A stretch of DNA of 64,000 bases from Oikopleura dioica (GCA_907165135.1 OU015566.1:10974001-11038000); one strand, 5' to 3'; counted from the first letter of the stretch, positions 38,233 to 51,194 are shown. Made by a program: numbers and translations. The notes: a model not told the origin generated them from the letters alone.

Positions 38233-41200
38233 ATGTCCCTGGAAAGGGGGACCCGAAGTCGGTATGTCGGTGGAGCACCCCCGTCGCACCACAAAATCGC
38301 CGAGCGCTTGACAATTCTCAACAAACGCGCTCCAGGCATGCTTACAAGACTATTCAACCTCAAGAAACAAGTCAACGAGCCAAAAAACAAGCCTGAGTTT
38401 TTCAAAAGAAAAGATGTTCAGCCGTATCTCCAACAAATCAGCAAGAAATTCCCTAATGTAGGGCCAAGTCAGATGAGTTTTCCACAAGTCCAGCAAGGTG
38501 AGTCTTCCTTGATTTCAACTTAGATAACTTTACTTCAATTGCTTTTGGCTATCGGTTTCGATTTGTGTAACGAAATGTAGAACGCTACTTTAGTACTTTC
38601 TTTTCGCGGCTAAAAGTAGACGAACAACCAAGTTCGCCAGATTTATACACGAGCTGAAATTCAATCTAAACCCGTAAGCTTTCGAAAAGCTTCAAAGTTT
38701 CAAAGCTGAGCATAATCAGTTATGTCGCAAAACTTTCACGTGTTTCTCTTTGACCCATATCTACAGTAACTGCTGATAATTTTCATTTTTACAGGTGCTG
38801 ATGAAATCGTGAAACAACTGGAGCCCTACTACACAACTTTTCTGGACATAAAAGTGTTCCGAGACCATGTTTACGAATGTCTGAGGATAATAGACGAGCT
38901 TTTTATGCAGCTCAATATTTCGATAAACTCACATCTGACGATTGGCTACCTGACATTGGTGGAGAATTATGTGAAGATCTGCATTATGCTTTCAAGAGTG
39001 GACGATCGAAAAATGATCATGGGAGTTTACAGGTAGCTCAATTCTTTTCTCTCCGTGGAATAATATTTTGCTCAAGCCACGCGTACGAACATCAAAACAA
39101 CTGCTGCGAAGCAAACTATGTCGAGTTAGCAGAATTCATCCAAGACTACTATGATCCTATCAAGAAGCTTTCCGATGAGTTTACCAGAGATCACCAGCGC
39201 GTGCTCAAGCAAGCGATCGAGAGTTGCGTCAATGTGTACAATGAGAGATCGGCATTTGTGGATAAGTGGAATAAGACGGAGTTTTTGTCGATGATCGCGG
39301 CACCAGCGAAGTCGTTTTTGACGCCGAGTTATTCGCATTTTGATATGACGACTTGTGAGCTCATTCCACTGGAATCACTAGAAACGGTGAGTGAATCAAG
39401 ACATTGACAAATTGACAAAATAATTTAGTGGATATTTTTCTCCTATCTTCTCTGCTACTCTCAATTCAACAGCTCAAAAGAAATCACCGCGATGTGGAAA
39501 CGCGTCATGTCGATGAACTTTACCCTAACCCTCTTCCGAAACGATGTCATCGACGTGATCAAAATGTCAGAATCCACCCTAGAACGAGCAAAAGAAGCGA
39601 AAAAGCTGATCAAGGAAATGGAGTCAACTGCGATCAAGAATTGCGCCGGCACGCATCGCGAGCGCAGAAGATATCTTAGAAATGTTCTAAAAGAGGCGTG
39701 CCTCATTTTCAGGGATCAACCTGGCTTGTTGGGCCCAAGAGCGTTGAATGTCTTTCAAATGTTGGCGACGGCGAGGGATGAAGTCTTATGGGAAAGGGAT
39801 TAACTGCTGTGTAAAACTAAAAGACTTTTTTTTATAGTAGGGGCCATGTAGAATGGGTATTTCACAAAAAAGTGGCCCTCTTATTGGCCAAAAGCGCCTG
39901 TTATTTTTGATAAACTCGGTAAAATTCTCATGAACTCTGTTTCTTACGTCATCAAAAATGTGTAATTTCGCCTTCCATTCGTATTTTTCGTTGCTCTTGT
40001 ATACGACACTTGGTTAAACCCTGGAAAGTCGATTCGGCATTTTCCACGTGATAACCAAAACAAAAAGACGCAAGAGGAGGAATTCAAGGACAAGCAGCTC
40101 GTAGAGATACTGTTTTACATCGAGGACCTGCGCAATTTGATCCTGACGCATCAGAAGATCATCCAAAAGTATTACTGCTCTCTCATGCATCAGTTCAACG
40201 CGCCTGCGCTCAACGAACACTTGAAGGTAAATTCAAATCGAAACAACTGCCCGGGCGGGCGCTGGAAAATGAAAAACAAAGCGAAACCAGAGTTTTAATT
40301 TAGAACTATTCCGTGACTCCAGAAGAAGAGGCGGAAATTTGTTCCTCCTTTGTTCAAATTATGTCGCAGCTCAGTCCAGTACCGATTGATGATAACAGTA
40401 AGTAGAAACTTTATTAGGAAAAAAGCAGCCGTCGTATTCTGAGTTGAATATTTAAATCTGTTTTAGAGATGCCAGATTTACGTGGCTTCCGGTTAGACTG
40501 GTTCCGATTGCAAAGCTATACGTCAGTGGCAAGGCCGAACATGAATCTCATGGAAATGGACAAATTCGCAAAATTTATGAATAACAATTACTTCCACTCC
40601 GAACTCATTGACAATCTGCATGGGTTGCTCGAGTATACTTCTAATTTGTCGTTGTTTTGTTGGTACCAGGATATTTTTCAGAAGAGTTTTATGGACGCTG
40701 TCAAGGAAATAGCTCGAAATGAACAATCATCCAATCAAAATCAAGCTAATTTTCGTACGGCCAATCAAAAAACATTGTTTTTATTTAAAAATTAAATTTA
40801 AAATAGCGCGCAACAATCAAAACTTGCTTGATCGCCATCCAATCAGAAATCGGGAAAATTGTATTTTTTGGATGAAATCTTTTTAAAGCTCTAGAAAGTC
40901 TCGCAGCCGATTTTGCGTGTCTTTGGTTTCAATCTGTTCTCACTTCTCCCACGAGCGGCATGAGCTGTGCCCAGAAGAATTCCAAATCCTTAAAAAATTC
41001 TCGATCGAGCCTGCGAAGAAGTTCTTATCCGAGATGGCCAACGAGGCAAAGAGATTGATGGTGCTGTTGTATAATCAGCATGCATCGCAGTCCGATAAGC
41101 TCCTGCCGTTCATGGCGGCTAGAAAGACTGACCATGAAACTCCAAAGAAGAAGAAAAATCGGAGAAAAGAGCAACGACTTACTAGTCCGGATAGAAATGA

Positions 41201-43498
41201 GCCTGGAGCAGAATCGCATAGAAGGGATAGAACGGTCGTTACGGAGGTGGATAAAATTGACGGAGCCATACAAGTGAGTAATACAAGTGACGCTCTAAAA
41301 ATTTTAAACTGAGTTTTTGAATGACCTTGCACGAATAAAAGTTCCGTAATTAGTATTTTTGAACATGAGTTTTCGGTTTTCTTATCTTATCAGATGATGT
41401 CTAAAAGACGCAGCTATGGTTCTTACTTGGTTTTTTAGGAAATGGCGCTTGCTTTTACTCATTTCCAAACGATTACGATCTGGAATCATATTTTCACGCC
41501 AAAGGAATGAGTTAGAGAATGATTTGGCTTTTGATTTTTCCGCTAGAATCATTTTCGTAACTCATGAAAAAGGAATTTTTTTACGAGCGTCTTGAGCGTG
41601 CCTTTCCTGCAATTATTGTAAAACTGGTCAACGCCGAACCCGAGGTATTCCACCACTTTGCATAAAACATAGACAAGCAGCAAAATACACCTACAACTAG
41701 CGATTGTTTTCAGCTCTGTAATGAAACTTCTCTAGAAATCAACGATCGAGAAGCCGTCGATGATGCTGAATAAACTTTATGGCTTCGTTGATGTTATGCA
41801 ATCAGTAGGGACCCTTATCGACGCCGACGTTAGGCACATAATCTCTGAAGGATCGGTTCAATCGCCTATTTACTAAGCACTTTTCTTATCGAATGGGTTT
41901 TTATTCGCATGACGCTAAAGCTTGAATAAACTTTGGTGAGCCCAATCTTTCAATCTTCTTGAACCTGCCTGAAAAGTGCTCCTGCAACAGACACAAACAA
42001 CAAGTGCTTCTGGCGAAAAAACGATGACCGCTTACTACGCATCCTGGTATCGGGAAGTTCTCCTCCGAAAAGCCACGGATTTCCAGCGGGAAGTCATCTT
42101 TTCGCCGAATAAAGACAGTTTTGCAAATTTTAATCAACAAGAAAGACACATGATGGGAATGATGAATCCGGAAGATTACACCAATCCTCAGGTATTATTT
42201 ATCTACATTTTTTAAAAATAGATATATTGCTTTATTTTTAGTATTTATTAGGAGTTCTGTTCAAAATTAAACGACACCGCATATGCGATATGGAGAGTCT
42301 ATGGCATCATTTTGTCATTATAAATTTTAGAGGATCAGTTTCTCACTTTGACCTGAAACCAGTCAACGTTTTTGTCAAAGCTCTCATTTTAAAAATAATC
42401 TCCTCTTCATTTTATTGTCATTTCCTAAAATCCCGGGAATACCCGTCAAATATTATCTCAGGAACTGCGCGCCCTCGCGGAGCTACTTGGCCCATTTGGA
42501 ATTCGTTTTATCTTGGACAGCTTATCAATCCAGATTTCCCAACAAATCAAGGAGCTCCTCCAGCTCGTCAAGCAAAATCGCAACCATCTTCGCATGCTCA
42601 GAACTTCATTCGAAAATCATGAAAAAATGAATGAAACGACTGCTCAATTGACGGAAAAAGAAACGTTCTTGAGTCGATTGCAAGTGATCGGAGTCATCAT
42701 TGAATTCCAACACTCGCTGCAGCGGGCGCTAGAATATGTGATGGAAAATCGAGTTCCGTATCTGTTGGCGCCGATCAAGGAAATGCACTCGAGCATCAGT
42801 AGTTTTGAAGATTTGGACAAGCAGTTCAGACTTGTCGAGCTTTGCAGAGCGGCCGGTCTTATCGCCGATTTCGATGTGACTCTTTGTAGACATCTTTTTC
42901 AAAATGTTCCGGCTGATCCAAGGAAAGGGTTGACAATTTTACATCAAGCTTTTCGAATTGCTTATTAGCTTCGATTTTTTCAATCCTTTGAAAGCAAAAA
43001 ATATGAAGAATACGAAAACTGCTGCCTACTCCTCGTATTCGCCGCAGTGACGATTCCATTTTTGGCGAAAGACCAGGACTCGGAATATAATCCCGATTTG
43101 GGGGGTCACAAAAATAACACTCACTGTATTGCCAAGGCGATCAATGTAGTTGCGACGGCGCTCTTTATGGTCAACGTCAAGGCCCAAGATGCCAACAGGG
43201 AGGAAGAAATCGGCGCTAGAATGGTCGAGTTTCTTGCGCTAGCGAGTTCAAGTTTGTTGAGAATCGGAAACGAAACTGGTGTTCTTTCCAGAAATCGCGA
43301 TGCTGTCTATTTGCTTATCGGAGATATTGTTAAAAAGTCAAAGGTGAGAAAATGACTTCTTTTTATTAACCTGAATGATTCCTGAAGATCTAAAATTACC
43401 AATTTTTCTAGCACCTGACAATGGACAAACTCGAGACCTGCTTCCCTTACGTTCTTCTCCGCTACAGCTACGCAAGTGTCCAAGATCGCTCTCGCTAA
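38233..43498 (+). CDS. NCKAP1: Nck-associated protein 1 (Nap1/Hem, WAVE complex)
   Basis: HKIAERLTILNKRAPGMLTRLFNLKK; RDQPGLLGPRA; DLRGFRLDWFRLQSYTS; C-terminus LTMDKLETCFPYVLLRYSY. Confidence 0.96.
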
Positions 43499-43990
43499 AA
43501 GACTAAAAAGCACGGCCAAAAGCCCTCACGTCACAAACCCTCCTGAAAAAAAACCTATCACTGCTCTTAAAAAACATTGATTCACCCTTCCTTCCTTCCC
43601 TCGGTTTTCCCCTATCACTGCACTATCCACTCAGAAACAAATGTTCCTCCAAATCATTCAGAATCTTCTAACTCTTCTCTGTCACTTCTTATCAGAGAGA
43701 ATAACACCCGCTGTACATGTCCCTGTCTTATCGAAAATTTCCCTGATAGTATCTTTTCCCCAAAAAGTTGTACTACTAAAAATAAGACAGACTTTTCGCT
43801 TCGCTTTCAATTCCTTCTGTATTCTTTCTTCAAGCTTTTTCGTTTCAAATTTTTCAAATGCTTTATTCAAAAAAATTCTAATTTCAAAATTTTAAATTTC
43901 CGCAATTTCAAAAGTTATAATTAATTTCAGCTAAAGATTCAGATTCTAACTTGCGCAATCATTTCATCTTTTCAGAGATAATCTGAATTT

Positions 43991-44782
43991 ATGTCGAGCG
44001 CAAATTCGCCATTCGTGAAAGGTGAAAAGCGGATTTTCCGTGGTGCGGCAGGCGTGAACTTGGAATCGCGAAATTATGATAATCTTGGAGCGCCAGATGA
44101 TTGGCAAGACGACTTGATATCGATTCTCTTCAGGAAGGCGATATCTTTGGACGAGAATGTTTGTGACTCACTTGGTAAGCAATAAAATGAGAATCTTGAT
44201 CAACCATTTTTCAGATGATTTGGAAGACGCATTTCAAGCGTTTGAAAGTACGCCTGGTCGTTTTGTTAACCCCAACCAGCAAGTTCGGAAAGTGTTCGCT
44301 AGCGATAAGGTCTACGGCGAGTGGGAAGTCGTTGGGGCAGCCACAGAAAGTCCGAGTCAAGGAGAGATCCTCAATTTATCGCAAATTAAAGAAGAACTCC
44401 GAGTCATTGAGGACGATCAAGGACAGGATTCGAAACATATCTGAATGTAGCTTTTTCGGCTTATGAAAGAATGGTTGAATAATCCAGGGAAGAAAAAGAG
44501 GAAGATTTTGATGTAGAAGAAGACGAGGAAGAAATTGATGAGAACTTCAACGAAAAATCACCAGCAAAGACACGAAAAGTAATTATCATCTTGAGAGCCG
44601 TTTGTTTACCCTATTTTCAGACAGTAGAAAAGACGCACAGTCAGAGAGCCACATGGAAAGAAGAACGTGAAATTAGGACAGATTGGCCAGACGATTTGGC
44701 AGAAATGTGCCAATCCTGGTACCTGGCGGGGCAAAAGCTGGGAGTTTTTCTTCAAAAACAAGCCATGAAAAGTTCAAAATAG
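43991..44782 (+). CDS. SMN: Highly divergent survival motor neuron protein, 4 exons
   Basis: DDWQDDLISILFRKAIS aligns without gaps to the SMN Gemin2-binding helix DIWDDTALIKAYDKAVA. The C-terminal LAEMCQSWYLAGQKLGVF aligns to the YG box LGSMLISWYMSGYHTGYY. The domain order is correct. Confidence 0.72.
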
Positions 44783-44889
44783 TGACATAAGTTTGAATTC
44801 TAGCAGAACTGCCGACCCAAGCTGTACATAAGATTTTCCATTTATCAAATCACAAAAGCGAAAGATTTCTAGCATCGTTTTACTTTCAG

Positions 44890-47800
44890 ATGTCAAGACA
44901 GCCGATCTCACTGGATGAGGTATGGAGAGGAACAGACAAAGAGCCCGGTTTGGAGCACTCAATCGAGCGAATTTTCGCCCATGATTTCGAGAAGCAGGCG
45001 TACATGCATGCTTACACAAAGATCTTCAATTATTGCACTTCTTCAAGAAGTTCAACGAACCCAATCGGCAGGAGCGCGACGAACAGAATTGGCTCAAGGA
45101 TTAACAGAAGACCTAACGGAGAAAATGGAGTTAGCTCTTCAAATGATATGTTTATAGGATCGAGATTTAAAACTTCTCTTAAAATTTACTTAACACTAAT
45201 TTTATTTTTCTATAAAGTAGCGTCAGCAATCTAATTATCTGATGGAGGGTCATTAAACAGTTTTTATGAAAAGCCGTAGCGGCTTTTTTGTAAATGGAGC
45301 GGCGAAACGGCTTCTCCAAAATTTCTTTCTAACTCTTTTACTTCCAGCTTTCGATTATTCTACATTTGAGCCATGTTTCTGGCGCATTCCTCTACAAATA
45401 CTTATCATGTTCTGGATGATGTAAATTTTTGAATTTCAAAGTGCCGTACTTTTCCGCGGTACTCAAAAATCATCCAAAAGGAGAAAATTTTAGAGCGCAG
45501 TAACCTAAAATATGTGCACTTGAAATTCCGACGTTTCGCACCCGAACTTTTCAGCATATCTTTTCAATTTTTCAATCTTGATCGAAGGCGGTGAACTCTA
45601 CAAGAAACTGCGCAGCGTCATCGACGACAAGGTCACGTGTGTCTACAACGAGGCGAAAAAGGTCAGCGGAGTGGACATTCTAACTGACTACCACAAGAAC
45701 TGGAAAGACTACAAGTTCTCGATTCGCGTTTTAAACGGCGTCGCTCAATATTTAAACAAGCATTGGGTCCAACGCGAAAAGGAAGAACATGGCGGCCCAG
45801 ACAGCGCGGTTCACGATGTCAGAAGCATGGGCATCGTCGCCTGGAGGGAAAATATGTACAGAAAGAATCTGGAGCCGATGATGGAGCAAATTATGAGGGT
45901 GATTGAGAAGGAAAGAGAAAATGAAGGAAGGAGTTTCTTAAGGGTTTCACCTAGGATCGACAAGTCCCACCCGACACCCGATCGAAAACCGACGTTTTTG
46001 TCGGGTTTTTGTTGGATTCTGCCGACCCTACAAAAACCCGACGCTGAATTTTTGGCGACCCTATAAAATCGGGTTTTTATAGGGTCAATTATCGGATTTT
46101 TGTAGGGTATTTTCGTCGGGTTTCTCTTCGGGTTTACTCATCAGTTTGATTAAAGATTGTACCCGAAATACTGTTAGCCAAAAATTATGTCTATTTTCGC
46201 CATTTTGGACTCATTTTACTTGTCAATTCAGAATTAACTTCAGTGTTGTGAGAACCCGACAAGAACCCGACAAAGACCCGATAAAAACCCGAAAAATACC
46301 CTGCAAAAACCCGAAAAATAGCCTACGAAAATCCGATAAAAACCCGACAAAAACCCGACGAAAACCCGACAAAAACCCGATCGGAAAAATCAGACTTGAA
46401 GAAAATCCGACGAAAACCCGATCCGGATTTCGGGGGCATTTGTCGATCCTAGGGTTTCACAGCCTATATTATATAGGCTATATAGTAGGGTTATATACCT
46501 AGGGCTTGTACCATTTTTAAAATTTTCCGATCATCAAAAAGCATTATGAAAATTCCGAAAAAGCGGACACTTCCCATCATCTACTGCTCAAAACGATTCT
46601 GCAAGAGTCCGTCTGCGAACTCGGCCTGGAGAAGAAAAACAACGAAAAAGACGCTACCGGTCGTCCGGAGCGCGACCTCGGCGTCTACCGCGAAACCTTT
46701 GAAACCCGATTCTTGAAAGAGACGACCCAGTATTACCAAGCTGAGTCGTCAAGTTTTATTGAGAGGTTAGAAACATATTCATTTTTGAAAATTTGTTTTG
46801 AGTACTTAAAATTGAAAAAGGGGTTTCTTATTTGCATTCTTCAGCCACTCGCTGGTCGATTATCTCGTCAAGATTGAGAAGAGGTTTGAAGAGGAGGATC
46901 GACGCGTCAGAAGGTAAGAGGCTGGTCCCTTAAGTTTTGCCATGGGTAAGGGTCCCTTACTAAAGGGATCTAAGTGGAGATTTTCGGAGAAAACCGCAGT
47001 ACATGAACACCTCGGTGGATTCTAATTTGACTATGATAATGGCAGTGGCATTTGGTGTCACCTTAATGCAAATTTAAAAACGATAATGATTGACCCGAGT
47101 TATGTAGTGATGAATCAACGTTTCTTCCTTCTTATTCCAAGAAATCTTATTCGAAGTCATAGTTTGTTATTGAGTAAATACTCTTTCCATTATTTTGTCC
47201 AGCTAAGTACTCGTCTTTTAACCGCACTTGTCCGCAGCCGCGCTCTTATCATCCCCAATTTTCCAGCTTACCTCTTCATCATCATCATCCCTATTTTCAG
47301 CTATCTGGACAGCTCGACAGGTCCGAAAGTGGAGCAGACGCTCGTAAAAGTGCTCATAGAAGCACACATCGCAAGAATTCACGATGAATTCAAACCCATG
47401 GTCGAGCACGAGAAGATCGACGACTTGAAGAGGGTTTTCGCCCTTGTCAACAGAGCAGACAAATTTAGGAGCGAAAGCGATAAGAGCAATAATGTCAGCC
47501 CTTTTCTTGGTAAATAATAAGTATATTTCATCTGACGAATTATATGTTATTGGTGGGAATCGAACCCGTGCCGGTCTTATCCGAATTTTCAGACCCGATG
47601 CGAGATGCTTTCCGCCAACACGTAGTTTCCGAAGGAATCGCTGCTGTTGACGCAATCAAAGAATCCGCCCTGGTCGACCCGAAAAACTACATCGACGCCG
47701 TCCTCACTGTGTATAAAAAATACTCAAAAGTCGTTCTCGACGCCTTTGCGTCCAGGGTTGAACATGTTCACGTTTTGCTAATTTGGAAAATTAGGTCTTA

Positions 47801-50800
47801 TGAATTCCCTTTTGAAATTTTCTCAGAAGACATGATTTTTTGAATGTTGCAATAAACCGCGACATTAATTTTCAACCCTTGAACAGAAAATGACTCTGGC
47901 TTCACAACGCAGCTAGATAGAGCGGCTTCGCATTTTGTGAACAAGTAAGTTGAGCAAAAGAAAATGAAAACAACAGACAATTGTTATCGTAAAAGAGCGA
48001 GTATGACTCTTCCGGAGGACAGTATTTTTTTCTTTGATAAAAACAGCGAGAAGATGAAACTTTGCTATTTATCAAGGAATTATCCTAAAATGCTGCCACA
48101 GAACGTGGTTTAGTTTAGAAGCTAGTAAGTCTTCACGACAAAATTACGCTCGCCGATAAGGATAGGTGGTGGGTAGTTGGGATTCTTGTGGCATTTTCGG
48201 GAGGCGAAATTAACTTATCACAGCTCATATCCGCGCAGGGAGTGCTTACCGCGATTTCGGAAATTATTTCGTGTCTGGTTCCACCAGCAAGTGACTCACT
48301 TCCACGCCCTGTTGCAATAAGTGTATGCTATTAAAATTTCGATGGAAGACGAGTTCTTAGAGGAACTAGAAGAAGTTCATTGATTGATTGAATTTCTGCC
48401 CTTTTGAGATGCAAATTAGGTCATGTTCAAACTTGGAGAAAATTTTTCTCTTTCTAAGAATAACGCAGTTACGCTGGGACCTTTAAACATTAAAGGTTTT
48501 TAAATTTTGGTTCAATATTATCGACTGATATCTCCTACAGATGGGTTGATATTGATTTTAAAAGGAAAAAATCTTCTGTAAAATTGCAGATGAGGCGATA
48601 ACTTTTGATGTTAGAAACGCCGTTTGCGAAACGAGGTCAAGTCGAAGTGCGGAACTGCTTGCGCGATACTCTGATTCTATCTTGAAGAAGAATGCAAAAG
48701 TCGCCTCCGATGACTCGGATAAGGAGGCGGCCATGTCAGAAGTTGTAAGTATTCAAGGCTCGCTTCAAGTCTTTTTGGAAATACAACTCAAGGTCGATGA
48801 GTATTAAAAAGGGAACCGCGGTGTGTTTAGAGCTTGCTAAAATATTTCTTTCTAGGGCAAGGTCATCACTTTTCGATTCAATTTCAAAATTTTTCGAAGC
48901 CAAAGTCGCCGAAAAAGTTGAAAACATAAACTTTATAAATCCTCAATTACAGCTCTAAAAACGGCCTGCTTTGCAAAATGTCGTCTGAAGCGAAAATATC
49001 AAGGGGCGAGTTCTTGGCATTTATTAATTTTTCAGATCACAATCTTCAAGTTTATCAACGAAAAAGATGTCTTCATGGAGTTTTACTCAAAGCTATTTGG
49101 CAACAGATTGGTCAAGGAGATTTCGGCCAGTGAAGACAATGAAGAAACGATGATCAAGAAATTGAAGGTAACTTGTTTATTTATAGCCGATGTTTGAGCG
49201 AATTAAATCTAAAAAAAAATTTTTAGTTATCATTTCATTTTCATGAACCTTTTCATTTGACGATTCATTCTCTGATGCTCCCCCTTATATACCACACGGA
49301 AAATTTTAATCTTTGATTTTAATCAGTCTTGACCTGCTTTTCCGCTCTAATTCCCGTCTATAAATTCTTTTTTTCAGGAAGAATGCGGCCACGAGTACAC
49401 CTCCCGCCTCCAAAAGATGTTCAAAGACATCGTGGTGAGCAGAACTCACACGGAAGAATTCAAAAACCACGCTCGCCAAAGTGGCTCGCTAAAAGGTGCG
49501 TCGTGATTTTGGATTGGTGCGGTTTATATATAGCTCCGTGGCGAAATTTATCCAACTTGTTGCATGGAGCTGGCCGGGATTATTTACCAAACGGAGTTAG
49601 ACATAAAGTTTAGAAGAAAATGTTCTAAACATAGTTTTTTCACATTCTAGCGTAATTCATCCAACCCGTTTTTAGTGGACTTCACCATCAAAGTGTTAAC
49701 CACTGGACATTGGAATTACAAGCCCAGCAATCCCTTTATTCTACCTATCGAGGTACAGTGGCTTTAACGCTTTTATAAATATTTAACTGTCTCATCGCCG
49801 CAGATTCGAACCTGCCAGGAACAGTTTCTTCAACACTACAGCCAAAAACATAGCGGTCGAAAACTAACATGGATTCTTGCACATTCGAGATGTGAGCTCA
49901 AATTCTTCCCAAAGCTGGACCAGTCCAATTTCTTCATTTTTACTGTAAGCAAAATGCAAAAATGAAAGAAAGCATTTCTTGACCAATAAGAAAGGCTAAA
50001 ATTTACTGTCAGCCAATCAGATTTTAGAATTCGTTAAATCATGATTTTAACTTCTTTATTGAGTAATTCCTTGAAAAAGTCACTTTGAGTTCATTTCTCC
50101 GTTGATTTTTATACAACAACGCCCACCTGGATATTACCAACGGCCACGCTTTCAATTTATATAAAACACCTAGTCGTTTTTATTTGTTTGATGGCACTAC
50201 TGGAACTCGATGATCCATCATCTGTCGTGTTACTTTCATGTAACTTTTTTGTCGAAACGTAATACTTAAATATAGACAACGACGCATCAATTGTCAATCT
50301 TGAGCATCTTCAATCAACGGCCCAGCTATACTGTTGACGAAATTCAATCTTTAACTGAGATAGAAACGGAGAACGACTATTTGTACAAGATAATTGCCCA
50401 ATTGCTCAAAACGAAGATCTTGACTTCCTCAGCAGCAGGAAGTGAGCTGCCCAGCGGAAGCCACACAATTTCTGTTAATGAAGCTTACAAGAGGTAAGCT
50501 CTTAACAACTTGACTGAATAGAACTTCTTACGATTCTTACATGCTTCTTTTTTTCGGAAAAATTCAATATTTTCTCCTTTAGCAAAAAGAAGAAAATGAA
50601 CATCTCGCAGCCTATCAAGCAAGAACAACGATCCGAAAGTGACTTGACGGTGAAAAGGGTTGAAGAAGACCGCGGCCTTGCGACGCAGGTAAAATTCGGC
50701 GAAGTTGCGGTCTTTTCTCGGTTTGTTTAGGCGGCGATTGTTAGAATTATGAAAATGCGGCAGCGATTGAACCACAACAACTTGGTCACCGCAGTGGTTG

Positions 50801-51026
50801 AGCAGCTACAAGCACGGTTCACGGCCAGGGTTCCGCTAATCAAGGTAAATTATAGCCTGCAACAGATATTTACAGGAGTAATTCGGGTGCCGAAATTTTA
50901 CCATCTCTAATGAAAAAAATCGAAAAGAACGAACTTTTCTTTTAGAAACAAATCGAAATCCTCGTCGAAAAAGAATACATCGCCCGAGTCGATGGAGAAC
51001 GAGACATGTATGAATACTTGGCCTGA
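44890..51026 (+). CDS. CUL1: Cullin-1-like scaffold (divergent, long introns)
   Basis: YMHAYTKIFNYCT; VLNGVAQYLNKHWV; AELLARYSDSILKK; EKDVFMEFYSK; EYTSRLQKMFKD; HSGRKLTW; AAIVRIMK (neddylation site); IEILVEKEYIARVDGERDMYEYLA*. Confidence 0.92.
45950..46453. mobile_element. MITE with CCTAGG termini and 6-bp TSD (gtttca), internal AAAACCCGA arrays; in CUL1 intron 2
   Basis: gtttca|CCTAGGATCGACAA...TTGTCGATCCTAGG|gtttca; inverted arrays of aaaacccga/tcgggtttt. Confidence 0.9.
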
Positions 51027-51194
51027 ATGCCCCCCAAAACCTACCTCCTAAATTGATACTCTCAACATTATCATGTATTATTCTTCTATTTTTTTTTTCA
51101 ATTCACGGATAGCCCGAAAATTACTTTGAAATAACCCTTTTTTTTATCTATTTTCTGTGCCCAAATTAATAGAAAAATATTTTTAAAGGACAGT

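Noticed and set aside
45158-45587. GATCGA at both ends of CUL1 intron 1 as a TSD of an intron-creating transposon
   Set aside because: Both copies fall inside the intron, which does not fit the introner model, and no TIRs are present.
46250-46425. Regular short repeats resembling a CRISPR array
   Set aside because: 9-10-bp units with no unique spacers, in a eukaryotic intron, inside a MITE.
46146-46502. Lys/Pro/Thr-rich ORF, and similar ORFs at 51183-51955, 54719-55123 and 59338-60076
   Set aside because: These are by-products of MITE repeat arrays; no transposase motifs.
47552-47572. tRNA T-loop/B-box-like GGGTTCGATTCCC on the minus strand in a CUL1 intron
   Set aside because: The T-stem pairs only 3 bp, no cloverleaf or convincing A box is present, and the upstream part would be CUL1 coding sequence.
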